Shown here: piece by piece, positions 36,816 through 46,933 of the stretch
Numbering within the stretch: the first letter of the stretch is position 1
How the letters are laid out: each line of letters opens with the position of its first letter
Assembly: GCA_902528875.1 (NCBI GenBank)
Contig: CABZTX010000003.1
Location: 13,068-77,067, forward strand
DNA from: an uncultured SAR86 cluster bacterium
Lineage (GTDB): Bacteria; Pseudomonadota; Gammaproteobacteria; Magnimaribacterales; D2472
Length of the DNA stretch: 64,000 bases
Direction of reading: 5' to 3'
The notes under the pieces: model-generated
What the model saw: only the letters and a program-made list of their open reading frames with translations
Databases searched by the model: none
What the model was told of the DNA's origin: nothing
Position numbers and translations under genes: made by a program

Positions 36816-37304
36816 TTAATTAACTAGGAAAACTTCCATTACAGAAATGGGTAAATTCTTTACACTATATTTTGTTTTTCTTCCCCAAAATATTTCTTTA
36901 TTTACTTCAAACTTAGAAAATAAAACTTCAATTTTTTTAAAGATTCCTTTTTCAAACAAAATATCTCCAAGTGGAGTTGACCCCAAAGAACCGAGTTTAG
37001 ACAATCCGTGCTCGATTGTAATTTCAGGAATTAAAGACCTTGCAAAAACTTTTGGCACATTATTTGCCATTAAAATAACTTCCCTGACTTTGACACATCC
37101 TGAAATATTTCCAAGAAAGTCCTTATCAGAGCTATCAATATGTGAAACTTCATCTTTAAGAAGCTTTAATTTAAATTTATTTTTTAACTTTATTCTTTCA
37201 GTGATCGGTCCATCCTCAAGCAACCATGACCTAACTATTTCGTTTTGAAGTTCATTATTCATTATTTCAAATTTTTTCCAAGATGATATTTGTACAGGCT
37301 TCAT
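36816..37304 (-). CDS. ubiC: Chorismate pyruvate-lyase
   Basis: 162 aa, immediately upstream of ubiA. Contains a W..E.GS.T.R-like segment (WLLEDGPITERI) and a LG..LF-like segment (TPLGDILFE). The family is poorly conserved, so the call rests mainly on position. Confidence 0.65.
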   Translation of the reverse strand: MKPVQISSWKKFEIMNNELQNEIVRSWLLEDGPITERIKLKNKFKLKLLKDEVSHIDSSDKDFLGNISGCVKVREVILMANNVPKVFARSLIPEITIEHGLSKLGSLGSTPLGDILFEKGIFKKIEVLFSKFEVNKEIFWGRKTKYSVKNLPISVMEVFLVN

Positions 37305-37376
37305 TAATTAAACAGTATAAATCTGATATTATAATCTTCGATGTTTTTATACCAAACAACTTATCTTTAATATTTT

Positions 37377-37550
37377 ATGAATTACAAAAAATGGGAATGC
37401 ATAGTTTGTGGATTAATCTATGACGAAGAGTTAGGTTGGCCAGATGATGGCATTGAACCAGGAACAAAATGGGAGGACGTGCCAGACGATTGGTTGTGTC
37501 CAGAATGCGGAGTTGGTAAAGAAGACTTTGATATGATCGAGATTACATGA
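37377..37550 (+). CDS. rubA: Rubredoxin (57 aa), below the ORF-track length cutoff
   Basis: Manual translation gives [57 protein letters not shown]. It has both CxxCG knuckles plus the conserved Y, W and F core. The stop TGA (37548-50) overlaps the next gene's ATG (37547-49). Confidence 0.88.
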   Translation: MNYKKWECIVCGLIYDEELGWPDDGIEPGTKWEDVPDDWLCPECGVGKEDFDMIEIT

Positions 37551-38800
37551 TTGAAACGCCAAAAAATTTAACTAAGAATATTCTTTTGGGCATGTTTTTT
37601 GGGCTGCTGTTTGGAGCAGTTATATTTTATTTGGATCCACTGCCAGAATACCTTACTTTTTTTATAGGGACATATTTATTTAACCTTGGTGGTGATATCT
37701 TTATTAATCTTCTAAAACTTATGATCGTTCCTCTGGTGTTCTTTTCTTTGGTGACTGGGATTTCATCTTTAGGATCTTTGAAAAGTCTTGGTAATATCAC
37801 TCTAAAAACAATTGGCCTTTATCTTACAACAACAGCAATAGCTGTAAGTTTGTCTTTGTTGGTTGGTTCTATTTTTAGGCCTGGATCAGGATATTCAAGT
37901 GATCTGAGCGTTTCTCCAGATTCTCTTCCAGAAGGTCAAGGAACTTACGAAACTATTTTAGGAATATTTCCATCAAATATAATCCAAGCAATGGCTGACA
38001 ATCAAATGTTGGCGATAGTATTTTTTAGTATTATTTTTGGATTAGCTTTGAATAAAACTAATCATCTTACGGACAACATAAGCAAGGCATTTGAAAAATT
38101 AAATGTTGTATTTATGCAGCTGGTTATTATGATTATTTCATTTGCGCCTATTGGAGTTTTTTGTTTAATAGGTAAATTTGTAATTTCAGATGGATTAAAT
38201 GTTTTTCAAGAAGCATTTATGTATGTAATTCTTTTAATTTCAGTACTAATTTTACATACATTTTTAACATACTCTTTAATGTTAAAGTTTTTTACTAATT
38301 TAAACGTAGTAACTTTTTTTAAGAAGATGAAAGATGTCGCAATATTTGCATTTTCAACATCATCAAGCGCAGCAACAATTCCAGTTACACTAAATACTGT
38401 TGAAAATAATCTTGGTGTGAACAAAAACGTTGCATCTTTCGTTGTACCAGTTGGAGCAACTATTAACATGGATGGAACGGCAATCATGCAAGGCATGGCT
38501 ACAATTTTTATTGCTCAGATGTCAGGTATTGAGCTTACTTTGATTGAATATGTTCAAGTTGTTATTTTGGCTGTTGCTACCTCGATTGGTACTGCTGCAG
38601 TACCATCTGCAGGGACAATAACTCTCATTATCATTCTTCAGCAATTTGGATTGCCTTTAGAAGCAATTGGGATAATTCTGGCTGTAGATAGAATTTTGGA
38701 TATGATAAGGACCTCAGTAAATGTTTGCGGAGATGCAGCCGTGTCATGTATAGTTGCATCATCTGAAGAGGAATTAGATAAACAAATTTTTAATAGTTAA
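37547..38800 (+). CDS. Dicarboxylate/amino acid:cation symporter (DAACS, GltP/SstT-like)
   Basis: 417 aa with [20 protein letters not shown] and [16 protein letters not shown] motifs of the sodium:dicarboxylate symporter family. Confidence 0.85.
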   Translation: MIETPKNLTKNILLGMFFGLLFGAVIFYLDPLPEYLTFFIGTYLFNLGGDIFINLLKLMIVPLVFFSLVTGISSLGSLKSLGNITLKTIGLYLTTTAIAVSLSLLVGSIFRPGSGYSSDLSVSPDSLPEGQGTYETILGIFPSNIIQAMADNQMLAIVFFSIIFGLALNKTNHLTDNISKAFEKLNVVFMQLVIMIISFAPIGVFCLIGKFVISDGLNVFQEAFMYVILLISVLILHTFLTYSLMLKFFTNLNVVTFFKKMKDVAIFAFSTSSSAATIPVTLNTVENNLGVNKNVASFVVPVGATINMDGTAIMQGMATIFIAQMSGIELTLIEYVQVVILAVATSIGTAAVPSAGTITLIIILQQFGLPLEAIGIILAVDRILDMIRTSVNVCGDAAVSCIVASSEEELDKQIFNS

Positions 38801-38811
38801 TAGGGGATAGT

Positions 38812-40830
38812 ATGGAGAGTTTTATTATAGGTCCGATGACACCATGGGGACCATTTGTAACTGGTTTTGTTGGGCTCGCTTTTGCTTTTATTCTGTATGG
38901 TTTAATAATGAAATATCCTTCAGGAAAAGATTCAGTTGTTAAAATTGGTGACCAGATACATTTGGGTGCAAAAGTATTTATGTTTACGGAGTACAAAATA
39001 CTTGCGCCTGTAGTTTTAGTTCTTGTCATAGCATGTGGTTTTTCACCTTTGGGGTGGTTCACAGCAATAGCAATTGCTGTTGGTGCACTATCATCTGCTA
39101 TTGCTGGTTTTATTGGAATGTATTCTGCGACTCAAGCAAATGTTAGGACAGCTACTGCTGCAGAAAACTCTGGAGCTGAACAGGCATTGTCTATTTCATT
39201 TTTTGGTGGATCAATAATGGGATTATGTGTTGCTTCAATGGGGTTAGTTGGATTAGGTGGATTATATTTTTATTTCTCAGGAGCAATGGATGACCCAGAC
39301 AAGATAGCAAAAGCTCTTGAAGGTTTTGGAGTTGGCGCATCTGCAGTCGCTTTATTTTCAAGGGTTGGCGGTGGAATTTTTACTAAAAGTGCTGACGTTG
39401 GAGCGGATCTTGTTGGAAAGATTGAGGCTGGTATTCCTGAAGACGATCCAAGAAACCCAGGTGTAATTGCAGATAATGTTGGAGATAATGTAGGAGATAT
39501 TGCTGGAATGGGTTCAGATATCTTTGAGTCATATTGTGGGGCTATGATAGCTTCAATAGCAATAGCTGCCTCAGTTGGCAATACTGATTTAATGTTCTTG
39601 CCTCTTTGGCTTGCTTCCTTAGGTCTATTTTGCTCTCTTATTGGAATTGGAATTGTTAGAACTCAAGTATCAAGATCTCCATCCGTTGCATTAAGATTAG
39701 GAACTTTTTTTTCACCAATAGTATTTCTTATTATCGCCGGAATGAGTATATCTATGTCACCAAATATAGAAATGAGTGTATTTTATTCTGTTTTAACTGG
39801 AGCTGTTGGAGGAATACTAATTGGCTTAATTACTGAATACTATACTGGAGGATCGACAGAGAATTCTCCTGTAGGAAAGATTGCAAAATCTGGTGAAACT
39901 GGTCCTGCCACAGTAATGATTACTGGTCTAAGTGTCGGAATGCAATCAGTTGTAATGCCTTTATTTGTAATAGCTGCAATTATTGGACTCTCAACAAATT
40001 TTTCTGGTTTATATGGGGTAGGTATAGCTGCTGTTGGAATGTTATCAACTGTTGGCATAACTATGGCAATTGATGCATATGGGCCTGTAGCAGACAATGC
40101 TGGTGGAATTGCTGAAATGAGTGGTATGGAACCAGAGGTAAGAGAAATTACAGATTCTTTAGATGAATTAGGTAATACAACTGCTGCAATAGGAAAAGGT
40201 TTTGCAATTGGTGCAGCAGCATTAGCAGCTCTAGCAATAATTGCTGCGTATATGCTTGCTACTGGAATCGAGTATCTCTCGTTAAATGATCCAAGAGTTT
40301 TAATGGGCATGTTTATTGGTGGATCAATTCCATTTCTAGTATCTTCAATAACTATGACTGCTGTCGGCGATGCAGCCTTTGAAATGATAGAAGAAATTCG
40401 AAGACAATTTAGAGAAATACCTGGTCTATTAGAGGGTACAGCAGAACCTGATAATGCAAAGTGTGTTGATATAGCTACAAAGGCAGCATTAAACAAAATG
40501 CTCCTTCCAGGAGCAATTGCAATTTTGTCGCCAATGTTAGTAGGTTTTATTCTAGGACCTGTTCATCTTGGTGGGATGCTTGCAGGAGCCTTATTAGGTT
40601 GTGTTTTGATGGCTTTAATGATGGCTAATGCTGGTGGAGCATGGGATAACGCAAAGAAATTTGTAGAGAAAGGTAACTATGGAGGCAAGGGAACTGATAC
40701 ACATTCAGCTACGGTAGTTGGCGATACTGTTGGAGACCCTTTTAAAGACACCTCAGGTCCTGCTATGAATATATTAATAAATGTTATGGCAATTGTAAGT
40801 CTGGTTATAGCACCATTATTAAGCGCTTAA
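38812..40830 (+). CDS. hppA: Membrane-integral pyrophosphate-energised cation pump (K+-dependent type)
   Basis: [26 protein letters not shown] and DPFKDTSGP motifs. [11 protein letters not shown] has Ala at the position that distinguishes K+-dependent from K+-independent pumps. 672 aa. Confidence 0.95.
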   Translation: MESFIIGPMTPWGPFVTGFVGLAFAFILYGLIMKYPSGKDSVVKIGDQIHLGAKVFMFTEYKILAPVVLVLVIACGFSPLGWFTAIAIAVGALSSAIAGFIGMYSATQANVRTATAAENSGAEQALSISFFGGSIMGLCVASMGLVGLGGLYFYFSGAMDDPDKIAKALEGFGVGASAVALFSRVGGGIFTKSADVGADLVGKIEAGIPEDDPRNPGVIADNVGDNVGDIAGMGSDIFESYCGAMIASIAIAASVGNTDLMFLPLWLASLGLFCSLIGIGIVRTQVSRSPSVALRLGTFFSPIVFLIIAGMSISMSPNIEMSVFYSVLTGAVGGILIGLITEYYTGGSTENSPVGKIAKSGETGPATVMITGLSVGMQSVVMPLFVIAAIIGLSTNFSGLYGVGIAAVGMLSTVGITMAIDAYGPVADNAGGIAEMSGMEPEVREITDSLDELGNTTAAIGKGFAIGAAALAALAIIAAYMLATGIEYLSLNDPRVLMGMFIGGSIPFLVSSITMTAVGDAAFEMIEEIRRQFREIPGLLEGTAEPDNAKCVDIATKAALNKMLLPGAIAILSPMLVGFILGPVHLGGMLAGALLGCVLMALMMANAGGAWDNAKKFVEKGNYGGKGTDTHSATVVGDTVGDPFKDTSGPAMNILINVMAIVSLVIAPLLSA

Positions 40831-40840
40831 ATAATTAAAG

Positions 40841-40873
40841 ATATATCTCAGATTGAAAATCTCTGAGATATAT
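40841..40873 (+). terminator. Hairpin downstream of hppA (putative intrinsic terminator)
   Basis: Perfect 12-bp inverted repeat ATATATCTCAGA (40841-52) / TCTGAGATATAT (40862-73) with a 9-nt loop, followed by TTATAAAATT. It begins 11 nt after the hppA stop. Confidence 0.55.
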
Positions 40874-40888
40874 TTATAAAATTGGTCA

Positions 40889-41554
40889 ATGAAAAAGAAT
40901 ATTTTAATAATTGGTTATGGAGAAATTGCATCGAGACTTTATGAAATTCTTGATTTATCAAAATATAAGGTTATTGGGGTATCAAGAAATAATAAAAAAA
41001 ATTTAGATTATCATTTATACTGGGACTGGTTGTCGGATAATTCTTTGAGCTTAGAGCCTAAAACGTTCGATTCTATAATTTTTTTTCCAAAGCCTAATTC
41101 CATTAATGAAAATGATTATAAAGAAGGCTTTTTAAAATCTTCAACTAATATAAATAATTTTATAAAAACAATTTCTTATCAAAAGTTTATTTCAATATCA
41201 TCGACAAGAGTTTATGGATCCTCAAAAAAAGAAATAGTCTCAGAAGATGATATCTTGATTCAGAATGGCTTTAGAAGTGAAATAATTCAAGATTATGAAA
41301 AAAAGCAAATTAACTATTATAAAGATAAGCTAATTATTTTAAGGTTTGCTGGATTATATGATCAGAATAAACCACATAACTATAAAAATTTTCTCAGTCG
41401 AAATAATGCAGCAAAAATAATCAAGTTCTTTATTGAAAATGATTTTAAATTCAAATCTTCTGAAATATTTAATTGTTGTGAGGACAAATTAAACCTAAAT
41501 AAGGAACGCAATATTTCAAACAATAAATTAAAAAAGCTAGGATTTAACTTTTAA
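40889..41554 (+). CDS. NAD(P)-binding Rossmann-fold protein (atypical SDR/epimerase-like), function unknown
   Basis: N-terminal KNILIIGYGEIASRL glycine motif. 221 aa. No catalytic motif is confidently recognised. Confidence 0.5.
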   Translation: MKKNILIIGYGEIASRLYEILDLSKYKVIGVSRNNKKNLDYHLYWDWLSDNSLSLEPKTFDSIIFFPKPNSINENDYKEGFLKSSTNINNFIKTISYQKFISISSTRVYGSSKKEIVSEDDILIQNGFRSEIIQDYEKKQINYYKDKLIILRFAGLYDQNKPHNYKNFLSRNNAAKIIKFFIENDFKFKSSEIFNCCEDKLNLNKERNISNNKLKKLGFNF

Positions 41555-41601
41555 AATAGATTTAACTAGTAGAAATCTCAATTGCAAAATACAATATTTA
41601 G

Positions 41602-42450
41602 ATGATTAATAGTATGACAGGTTTTGGATCCTCTGAGATGATCCGAAATGATTTTGAAATATATTGTGAAATAAAGAGCGTTAATCATAGATTTAATGAA
41701 ATATCTATTAAGTCAAATGATCTGCCTAATGATCTCGAGGATTATATAAAAAAATCAATTTCTAAAGATAACAAGAGAGGAAAGTTTGAAATTAAACTGA
41801 GATTTAAAATGCCTCAAAAAACATATTATTCAATAGATACCGAGCTTTTAAAAAAATTTAAAAGATCACTTGAAAATAGCACTATAGATTCCAGTCAAAT
41901 CAAATTTAATGATATTAAAAATGTACCAGGGATTTTTCAGATAAATACATCCATTAATTTAAACAAAAAACATATAAAGGATGTCATTAATAATGCATTA
42001 GGAGATCTTCATAAATCAAAAGCCGATGAAGGAAAAAAAATTTATAAAGTGCTTATAAAAAAAATTAATTATGTAAAAACAACTATTTCAAAAATAAATA
42101 AGGCTAGCAAAAAAAATATTTATAAAAGGAAAAGGAAGTATCAGCAAAAAGTTTTAGAAATTATTGATACATTAGATAAAAAAAGATTGGAACAAGAAAT
42201 TGTTTTGCTTGCCTTGAAACATGATGTAAGTGAAGAAATAGACAGAATAAATTTTCATTGCCAGTCTTTAGTTAAGGAAATAAATCAAAAAAAATCTAGT
42301 GGAAAAAAGCTAGATTTCATTCTTCAGGAATTGTTTAGAGAAGCCAATACTTTGACTGTAAAACTGGATGAGTCTAATTTGAAGAGTTATGGATTAGAAA
42401 TAAAATTAAGCATTGAAGAAATGCGTGAACAAATTCAAAATGTTGAGTGA
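41602..42450 (+). CDS. yicC: YicC family stress-induced protein
   Basis: MINSMTGFG N-terminus, a C-terminal DVSEEIDRI...H segment and the REANTLTVK motif. Lies upstream of gmk-rpoZ-spoT as in Pseudomonas. Confidence 0.85.
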   Translation: MINSMTGFGSSEMIRNDFEIYCEIKSVNHRFNEISIKSNDLPNDLEDYIKKSISKDNKRGKFEIKLRFKMPQKTYYSIDTELLKKFKRSLENSTIDSSQIKFNDIKNVPGIFQINTSINLNKKHIKDVINNALGDLHKSKADEGKKIYKVLIKKINYVKTTISKINKASKKNIYKRKRKYQQKVLEIIDTLDKKRLEQEIVLLALKHDVSEEIDRINFHCQSLVKEINQKKSSGKKLDFILQELFREANTLTVKLDESNLKSYGLEIKLSIEEMREQIQNVE

Positions 42451-43066
42451 TTCAATAAAAGGAAAATTAATCATTTTTGCAGCTCCCTCAGGTGCCGGTA
42501 AGTCCTCACTGATAAAAAAAATTATTGAATCAAGTGGTGGAAAGATTGAACTCTCAGTATCTGTTACAACACGCTCACCTCGAGTAGGTGAAGAGCATGG
42601 TAAAGATTATTTTTTTGTTACAGATAAAGAATTTCATGCTTTAAAGATAGATAATGCTTTTATAGAGCATGCTACTGTTCATGAGTACCAATATGGTACG
42701 CTCAAAACTTATATTGATGAAAAAATAAGTAGTGGTAAAGACATTATTCTAGATATTGATGTTCAGGGATATGAGCAAATAAAGAAATCCTTTGCAGACA
42801 CAATATCTATATTTATACTGCCTCCATCATTAGAAGAGCTAGAGCAGAGATTAAAAGATAGAGGTTTAGATTCTGAAAATGTAATCAAAAAAAGACTTGT
42901 TAACGCGAAATCAGAACTCAAGTACGCAGAGAATTTTGACTACATTTTAGTGAATGATAATTTTGAGAAAACTATTCAATATTTAAAATTAATAATTTTT
43001 GATGAAAAGAAAAGCTATGACTATAAAAAAAGTACTAATATATTAAAAAATTTATTGGATAAATGA
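42440..43066 (+). CDS. gmk: Guanylate kinase
   Basis: P-loop AAPSGAGKSSL and TTRSPRVGEEHGKDYFF motifs. Start set to ATG 42440 (MLSDSIKGKLIIF), which overlaps yicC by 11 nt rather than the 38 nt implied by the ORF-track start. Confidence 0.9.
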   Translation: MLSDSIKGKLIIFAAPSGAGKSSLIKKIIESSGGKIELSVSVTTRSPRVGEEHGKDYFFVTDKEFHALKIDNAFIEHATVHEYQYGTLKTYIDEKISSGKDIILDIDVQGYEQIKKSFADTISIFILPPSLEELEQRLKDRGLDSENVIKKRLVNAKSELKYAENFDYILVNDNFEKTIQYLKLIIFDEKKSYDYKKSTNILKNLLDK

Positions 43067-43104
43067 GTTAATAAGAATTAGAATACTCAACCCAGGAGCA
43101 TAAT

Positions 43105-43374
43105 ATGGCAAGAATTACAGTAGAAGATTGTTTACAGAAGATACCTAGTAGGTTCGATCTTATATTAATGGCATCTAAGCGTGCAAGACAACTCTCCACA
43201 ACTAGCAGAGATCCTTTAGTGGAATGGGATAACGATAAACCAACTTTAGTTGCGTTAAGGGAAATTGAAGAAGGTTTACTCGATCAGGAAACATTAGAAA
43301 AAACACTTGAAGAAGACGTCTTACTTGACGAATTCTCTGTTCCTTCAAATTCAGAAAAAGAAAATATTGGATAA
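43105..43374 (+). CDS. rpoZ: DNA-directed RNA polymerase subunit omega
   Basis: [10 protein letters not shown]...[15 protein letters not shown] is the canonical omega N-terminus. Confidence 0.92.
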   Translation: MARITVEDCLQKIPSRFDLILMASKRARQLSTTSRDPLVEWDNDKPTLVALREIEEGLLDQETLEKTLEEDVLLDEFSVPSNSEKENIG

Positions 43375-43394
43375 ATGATTAGGGAGCGGTTAAC

Positions 43395-45578
43395 TTGAGT
43401 GACCATGTCCTGCCAAGCACATTAGTTAATAACTTCAAAGAGGATTATTTCCTCAAATTACCATATGATTTTTATAAAAAAACAAAATCTTATTTAGATG
43501 TCAAAGATGTCAAAAAGATTCAAAAGGCATATACATTTGCATTCTATTCTCATGAGGGCCAAAAGAGAAAAGACGGCTCAAAATATATCACACACCCTGT
43601 AAATGTAGCTAGCATTCTCTTGGAACTTAAAATGGATCCTGATTCTATATGTGCTGCATTGATGCATGATATTCTTGAAGATTGTGATGTTAAAAAAAAT
43701 GATCTTGCAAAGTTATTTGGAAATGATGTTGCAGAGATAGTCGATGGAGTGAGCAAGCTTAGTGCTTTAGATATAAAAACCTCATCAGAGAGAGATGCTA
43801 ATAATCTTCAAAAAATGATGTTAGCAATTTCAAAAGATGTAAGAGTAATATTGGTAAAAATATGTGACAGGCTACATAACATGAGAACCATTGAGCATTT
43901 ACCAAGATCAAAGCAGATTCAAAAATCCAAAGAAACCATAGAATTATATGGCCCATTAGCGTTAAGAATTGGTATGCAAGATATAAGATCTGAACTAGAG
44001 GACTTGTCATTTAGATGTATTCATCCTCTAAGAGCCTCAATGCTTGAAAGTGCAATAAAAAAATCCAGTGGGGGCAGAAAAAGAATTGTTTCTAAAATAA
44101 GAAAAGAACTTAAAAAGCATCTTAAATCAAATGGAATTGATGAAGTTGGTGTAAAGGGCAGAGAAAAAAATATCTACAGCATCTATAAGAAAATTAAATC
44201 TAAACATAAGCCTTTTTCTGAAATTTTAGACGTTTACGGTTTTAGAATACTTGTTGATTCTGTTGATGAATGTTATCGATCTCTTGGAATAATCCATAAC
44301 TATTTTTCACCGATTGAAAATAGATTTAAAGACTATATCGCCATTCCAAAAAGTAATGGATATCAGGCTCTTCATACAAGCTTGCTTGCATTAAATGCTT
44401 TCCCAATTGAGGTACAGATACAAACAAGAAGTATGTCGGAAATAGCAAGTTTTGGAATTGCAGCTCACTGGCAGTACAAGACAAATGATAAAAATAAGGG
44501 ATCAGAACTCAGAGCAACCAGATGGCTCAGTAGCTTAGTAGATCTTCAAAAAAAATCTAATAGTCCGTCTGAGTTTGCTGAATCCATAAAAACAGATCTA
44601 GATTCTAATGAGGTCTTCTTATTTTCACCAAAAGGTGATGTGTATGCTCTAAGAAAAGGAGCTACACCAATAGACTTTGCATATGAAGTTCATACCGATC
44701 TAGGAAATTCAATCATTGGATGCAAAGTTAACAGAAAGGAAGTACCAATTAATATTGAACTTGAAACTGGTCAAACTGTTGAAATAATCACGTCAAAAAC
44801 TAAATCAGAGATAGATCCTTCATGGCTGAATTATGTTGTAACAAGTAAAGCAAGAAGTTTTATCAGAGCAAGATTGAGAAAACAAAAAGAATCAGATGCA
44901 AGAAAGGCTGGCAAAGTCATGCTTGAGACTGAATTAAAAAGAGCTGGCTCCAGTCTTTCAGAATATCGAGGAAGCTATCTAAAGAAAATACTCGACTCCA
45001 TTGGAGTTACATCACTTAATAATTTACTTACCGATCTTGGTTTAGGCAAGAGAACTGGAAGTATTATCGCTGAAAGATTTTACTCAGGTCTTCAAATTAG
45101 AGAGGGTATTGAAGAGCCCAATCCTGTAATTATTTTAGATAACAGAATTGAAAGTGTTACTGTTCGTTTTGCAAAATGTTGCCGTCCGGTATATGGAGAT
45201 CCTGTTGCAGCACATTCAGATACGGAAAGGGGAATGGTTGTTCATCATAAAAAATGTAAACAAATTTTAAAATACATCAAAAAAGATCCCAGATATTTGC
45301 CTGCAATCTGGGGAGAAAATAAGAAGGATCTTTTATACAAAACAAAAATAGAAATTAACACAGAAGATAGAGTTGGAGTTCTATCAGATCTAGGTTCGGT
45401 ATTTGCAAAGAATGGAATAAACATTGACTCAGTAAATACAAAAACAATTGATAAAAAATTTGCGGGTTTTGAACTAGAAATTGAAGTTAAAAATTTAGAG
45501 GATCTAAAGAATATAATGAAAAAGGTAAGAGGCATGAAATTTACAACTAGTTGTAGAAGAAATATTAATGATAAATAG
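43395..45578 (+). CDS. spoT: Bifunctional (p)ppGpp synthetase/hydrolase (RelA/SpoT homologue)
   Basis: HD hydrolase motifs (HPVNVASIL, MHDILED), synthetase domain (YGFRILV, GYQALHT), and TGS and ACT regions. TTG start at 43395 preceded by AGGGAG. Confidence 0.9.
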   Translation: MSDHVLPSTLVNNFKEDYFLKLPYDFYKKTKSYLDVKDVKKIQKAYTFAFYSHEGQKRKDGSKYITHPVNVASILLELKMDPDSICAALMHDILEDCDVKKNDLAKLFGNDVAEIVDGVSKLSALDIKTSSERDANNLQKMMLAISKDVRVILVKICDRLHNMRTIEHLPRSKQIQKSKETIELYGPLALRIGMQDIRSELEDLSFRCIHPLRASMLESAIKKSSGGRKRIVSKIRKELKKHLKSNGIDEVGVKGREKNIYSIYKKIKSKHKPFSEILDVYGFRILVDSVDECYRSLGIIHNYFSPIENRFKDYIAIPKSNGYQALHTSLLALNAFPIEVQIQTRSMSEIASFGIAAHWQYKTNDKNKGSELRATRWLSSLVDLQKKSNSPSEFAESIKTDLDSNEVFLFSPKGDVYALRKGATPIDFAYEVHTDLGNSIIGCKVNRKEVPINIELETGQTVEIITSKTKSEIDPSWLNYVVTSKARSFIRARLRKQKESDARKAGKVMLETELKRAGSSLSEYRGSYLKKILDSIGVTSLNNLLTDLGLGKRTGSIIAERFYSGLQIREGIEEPNPVIILDNRIESVTVRFAKCCRPVYGDPVAAHSDTERGMVVHHKKCKQILKYIKKDPRYLPAIWGENKKDLLYKTKIEINTEDRVGVLSDLGSVFAKNGINIDSVNTKTIDKKFAGFELEIEVKNLEDLKNIMKKVRGMKFTTSCRRNINDK

Positions 45579-45648
45579 TAAAAAAATTTATTTTTTTTTA
45601 TGTACAATTCTACTACTACCTAATTTTATTTTGTCAAAGGAGTTAAAA

Positions 45649-46035
45649 ATGTCTAAGGAAGTAATCTCAACACAAAATGCTCCTCAGGCCATAGGACCAT
45701 ACTCACAAGCCATTAAAACTGGAGATTTAATCTTTATATCAGGGCAAATACCCTTAGATCCAAAAACAGGAAATATTGTTGAGGGATCTATAGAAGAAGA
45801 AACCACTCAAGTAATTAAAAATCTCAAGAGCATATGCGAGGCTGCAGGATTAGGACTAGAAGACATTGTAAAAATAACAATTTTTTTAACTGATCTTGCT
45901 AATTTTACAAAAGTAAATGAGGTTATGATTAATAATTTTGTTGAGCCATTTCCTGCAAGAGCAACCGTAGAAGTATCTGGTTTACCTCTGGGTGTGAATG
46001 TTGAGATTGAGGCAATTGTTTCAACTAATGGCTAA
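45649..46035 (+). CDS. ridA: RidA family reactive-intermediate deaminase
   Basis: MSKEVISTQNAPQAIGPYSQAIK...PARATVEV is the RidA/YjgF signature. Start set to ATG 45649, preceded by AAGGAG. The longer ORF-track start adds a non-conserved extension that overlaps spoT. Confidence 0.9.
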   Translation: MSKEVISTQNAPQAIGPYSQAIKTGDLIFISGQIPLDPKTGNIVEGSIEEETTQVIKNLKSICEAAGLGLEDIVKITIFLTDLANFTKVNEVMINNFVEPFPARATVEVSGLPLGVNVEIEAIVSTNG

Positions 46036-46933
46036 AAATCTAATATCTATTTCTGACTTATCTAAAAATGAAATTTTAGAAATTATTAAGTTTTCTGATA
46101 GTTTTATTGATGATGAAGGTAATTTTAGAAAAGAGGATCTTTTTCCAGATAAGACTATTGCAAATGTTTTCTGTGAACCAAGCACCAGAACTAAATCTTC
46201 TTTCTCTATCGCCGCATCAAACCTAGGGTGTTCTGTTTTAGATTTTGATGTAAGTAATTCTTCTATACAAAAAGGAGAGACAATCTATGAAACTATTGAT
46301 GCACTCCATTTAATGGGTGTTGATTTATGTGTATTAAGACATTCTGACTCAGTGATAAAGGATCTTGCAGAATACTTACCAAATATGACTTTTATAAATG
46401 CAGGCGAGGGCATGTTGTCACATCCAACTCAAACCTTGCTTGATTTAAAGACAATAATGGATAATAAAAAAACTCTAGATAACCTAAAAATTGTAATTGT
46501 GGGTGATCTTGATCACTCTCGTGTTACTTCATCTTTTCTAGAGGTTCTCAAAAATTTTGAGCAAGAAGCACTTGTTTTGTCAGGTCATCCCGTAATGTGC
46601 ACAAAATATATAGATAATAAACAAGTAGTATATGAACCAGATTTGAATAAAGCTTTGGACAATGCTGATGTTGTGATGGCTTTAAGAATTCAACACGAAA
46701 GATTCGAACAAGAGCTAGATTTAGATTTAGATACTTACAAACATGATTATCAAATTACGTCTGAAAAGATGGATAATGCAAAAGGAGATGCAATAATTAT
46801 GCATCCAGGACCAGTAAATTATATAGAAATCACTGAGTCCATTTATGATTCTGAGCAATCAGTGATTAGACAGCAGGTCAAAAATGGAGTTGCTATAAGG
46901 ATGGCTGTTTTATCTAGATTTTTGAGCTGCTAA
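46028..46933 (+). CDS. pyrB: Aspartate carbamoyltransferase catalytic subunit
   Basis: STRTKSSF, HPTQTLLDL and MHPGPVN motifs. Start set to ATG 46028 (MAKNLISISDL). Confidence 0.9.
   Translation: MAKNLISISDLSKNEILEIIKFSDSFIDDEGNFRKEDLFPDKTIANVFCEPSTRTKSSFSIAASNLGCSVLDFDVSNSSIQKGETIYETIDALHLMGVDLCVLRHSDSVIKDLAEYLPNMTFINAGEGMLSHPTQTLLDLKTIMDNKKTLDNLKIVIVGDLDHSRVTSSFLEVLKNFEQEALVLSGHPVMCTKYIDNKQVVYEPDLNKALDNADVVMALRIQHERFEQELDLDLDTYKHDYQITSEKMDNAKGDAIIMHPGPVNYIEITESIYDSEQSVIRQQVKNGVAIRMAVLSRFLSC

Noticed and set aside
36847-37248. 133-aa + strand ORF antisense to ubiC
   Set aside because: The minus-strand ORF is in the canonical position upstream of ubiA and shows weak UbiC-like motifs. Two genes cannot both be real here, and the + ORF has no features. 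Some residual doubt remains, because UbiC itself is weakly conserved.
39840-40496. 218-aa minus-strand ORF (and the 103-aa one at 39270-39581) inside hppA
   Set aside because: These are shadow ORFs antisense to a strongly conserved, relatively GC-rich Gly/Ala-rich gene. The translations are low-complexity (A/I/P/S-rich) with no motifs.
45245-45607. 120-aa minus-strand ORF overlapping the spoT 3' end, and the long N-terminal extensions of ridA, pyrB and gmk in the ORF track
   Set aside because: The antisense ORF lies within the conserved SpoT ACT region. The extensions are non-conserved, and the internal ATGs with an SD or canonical N-termini (MSKEVIS..., MAKNLIS..., MLSDSIKGK...) fit orthologue lengths.
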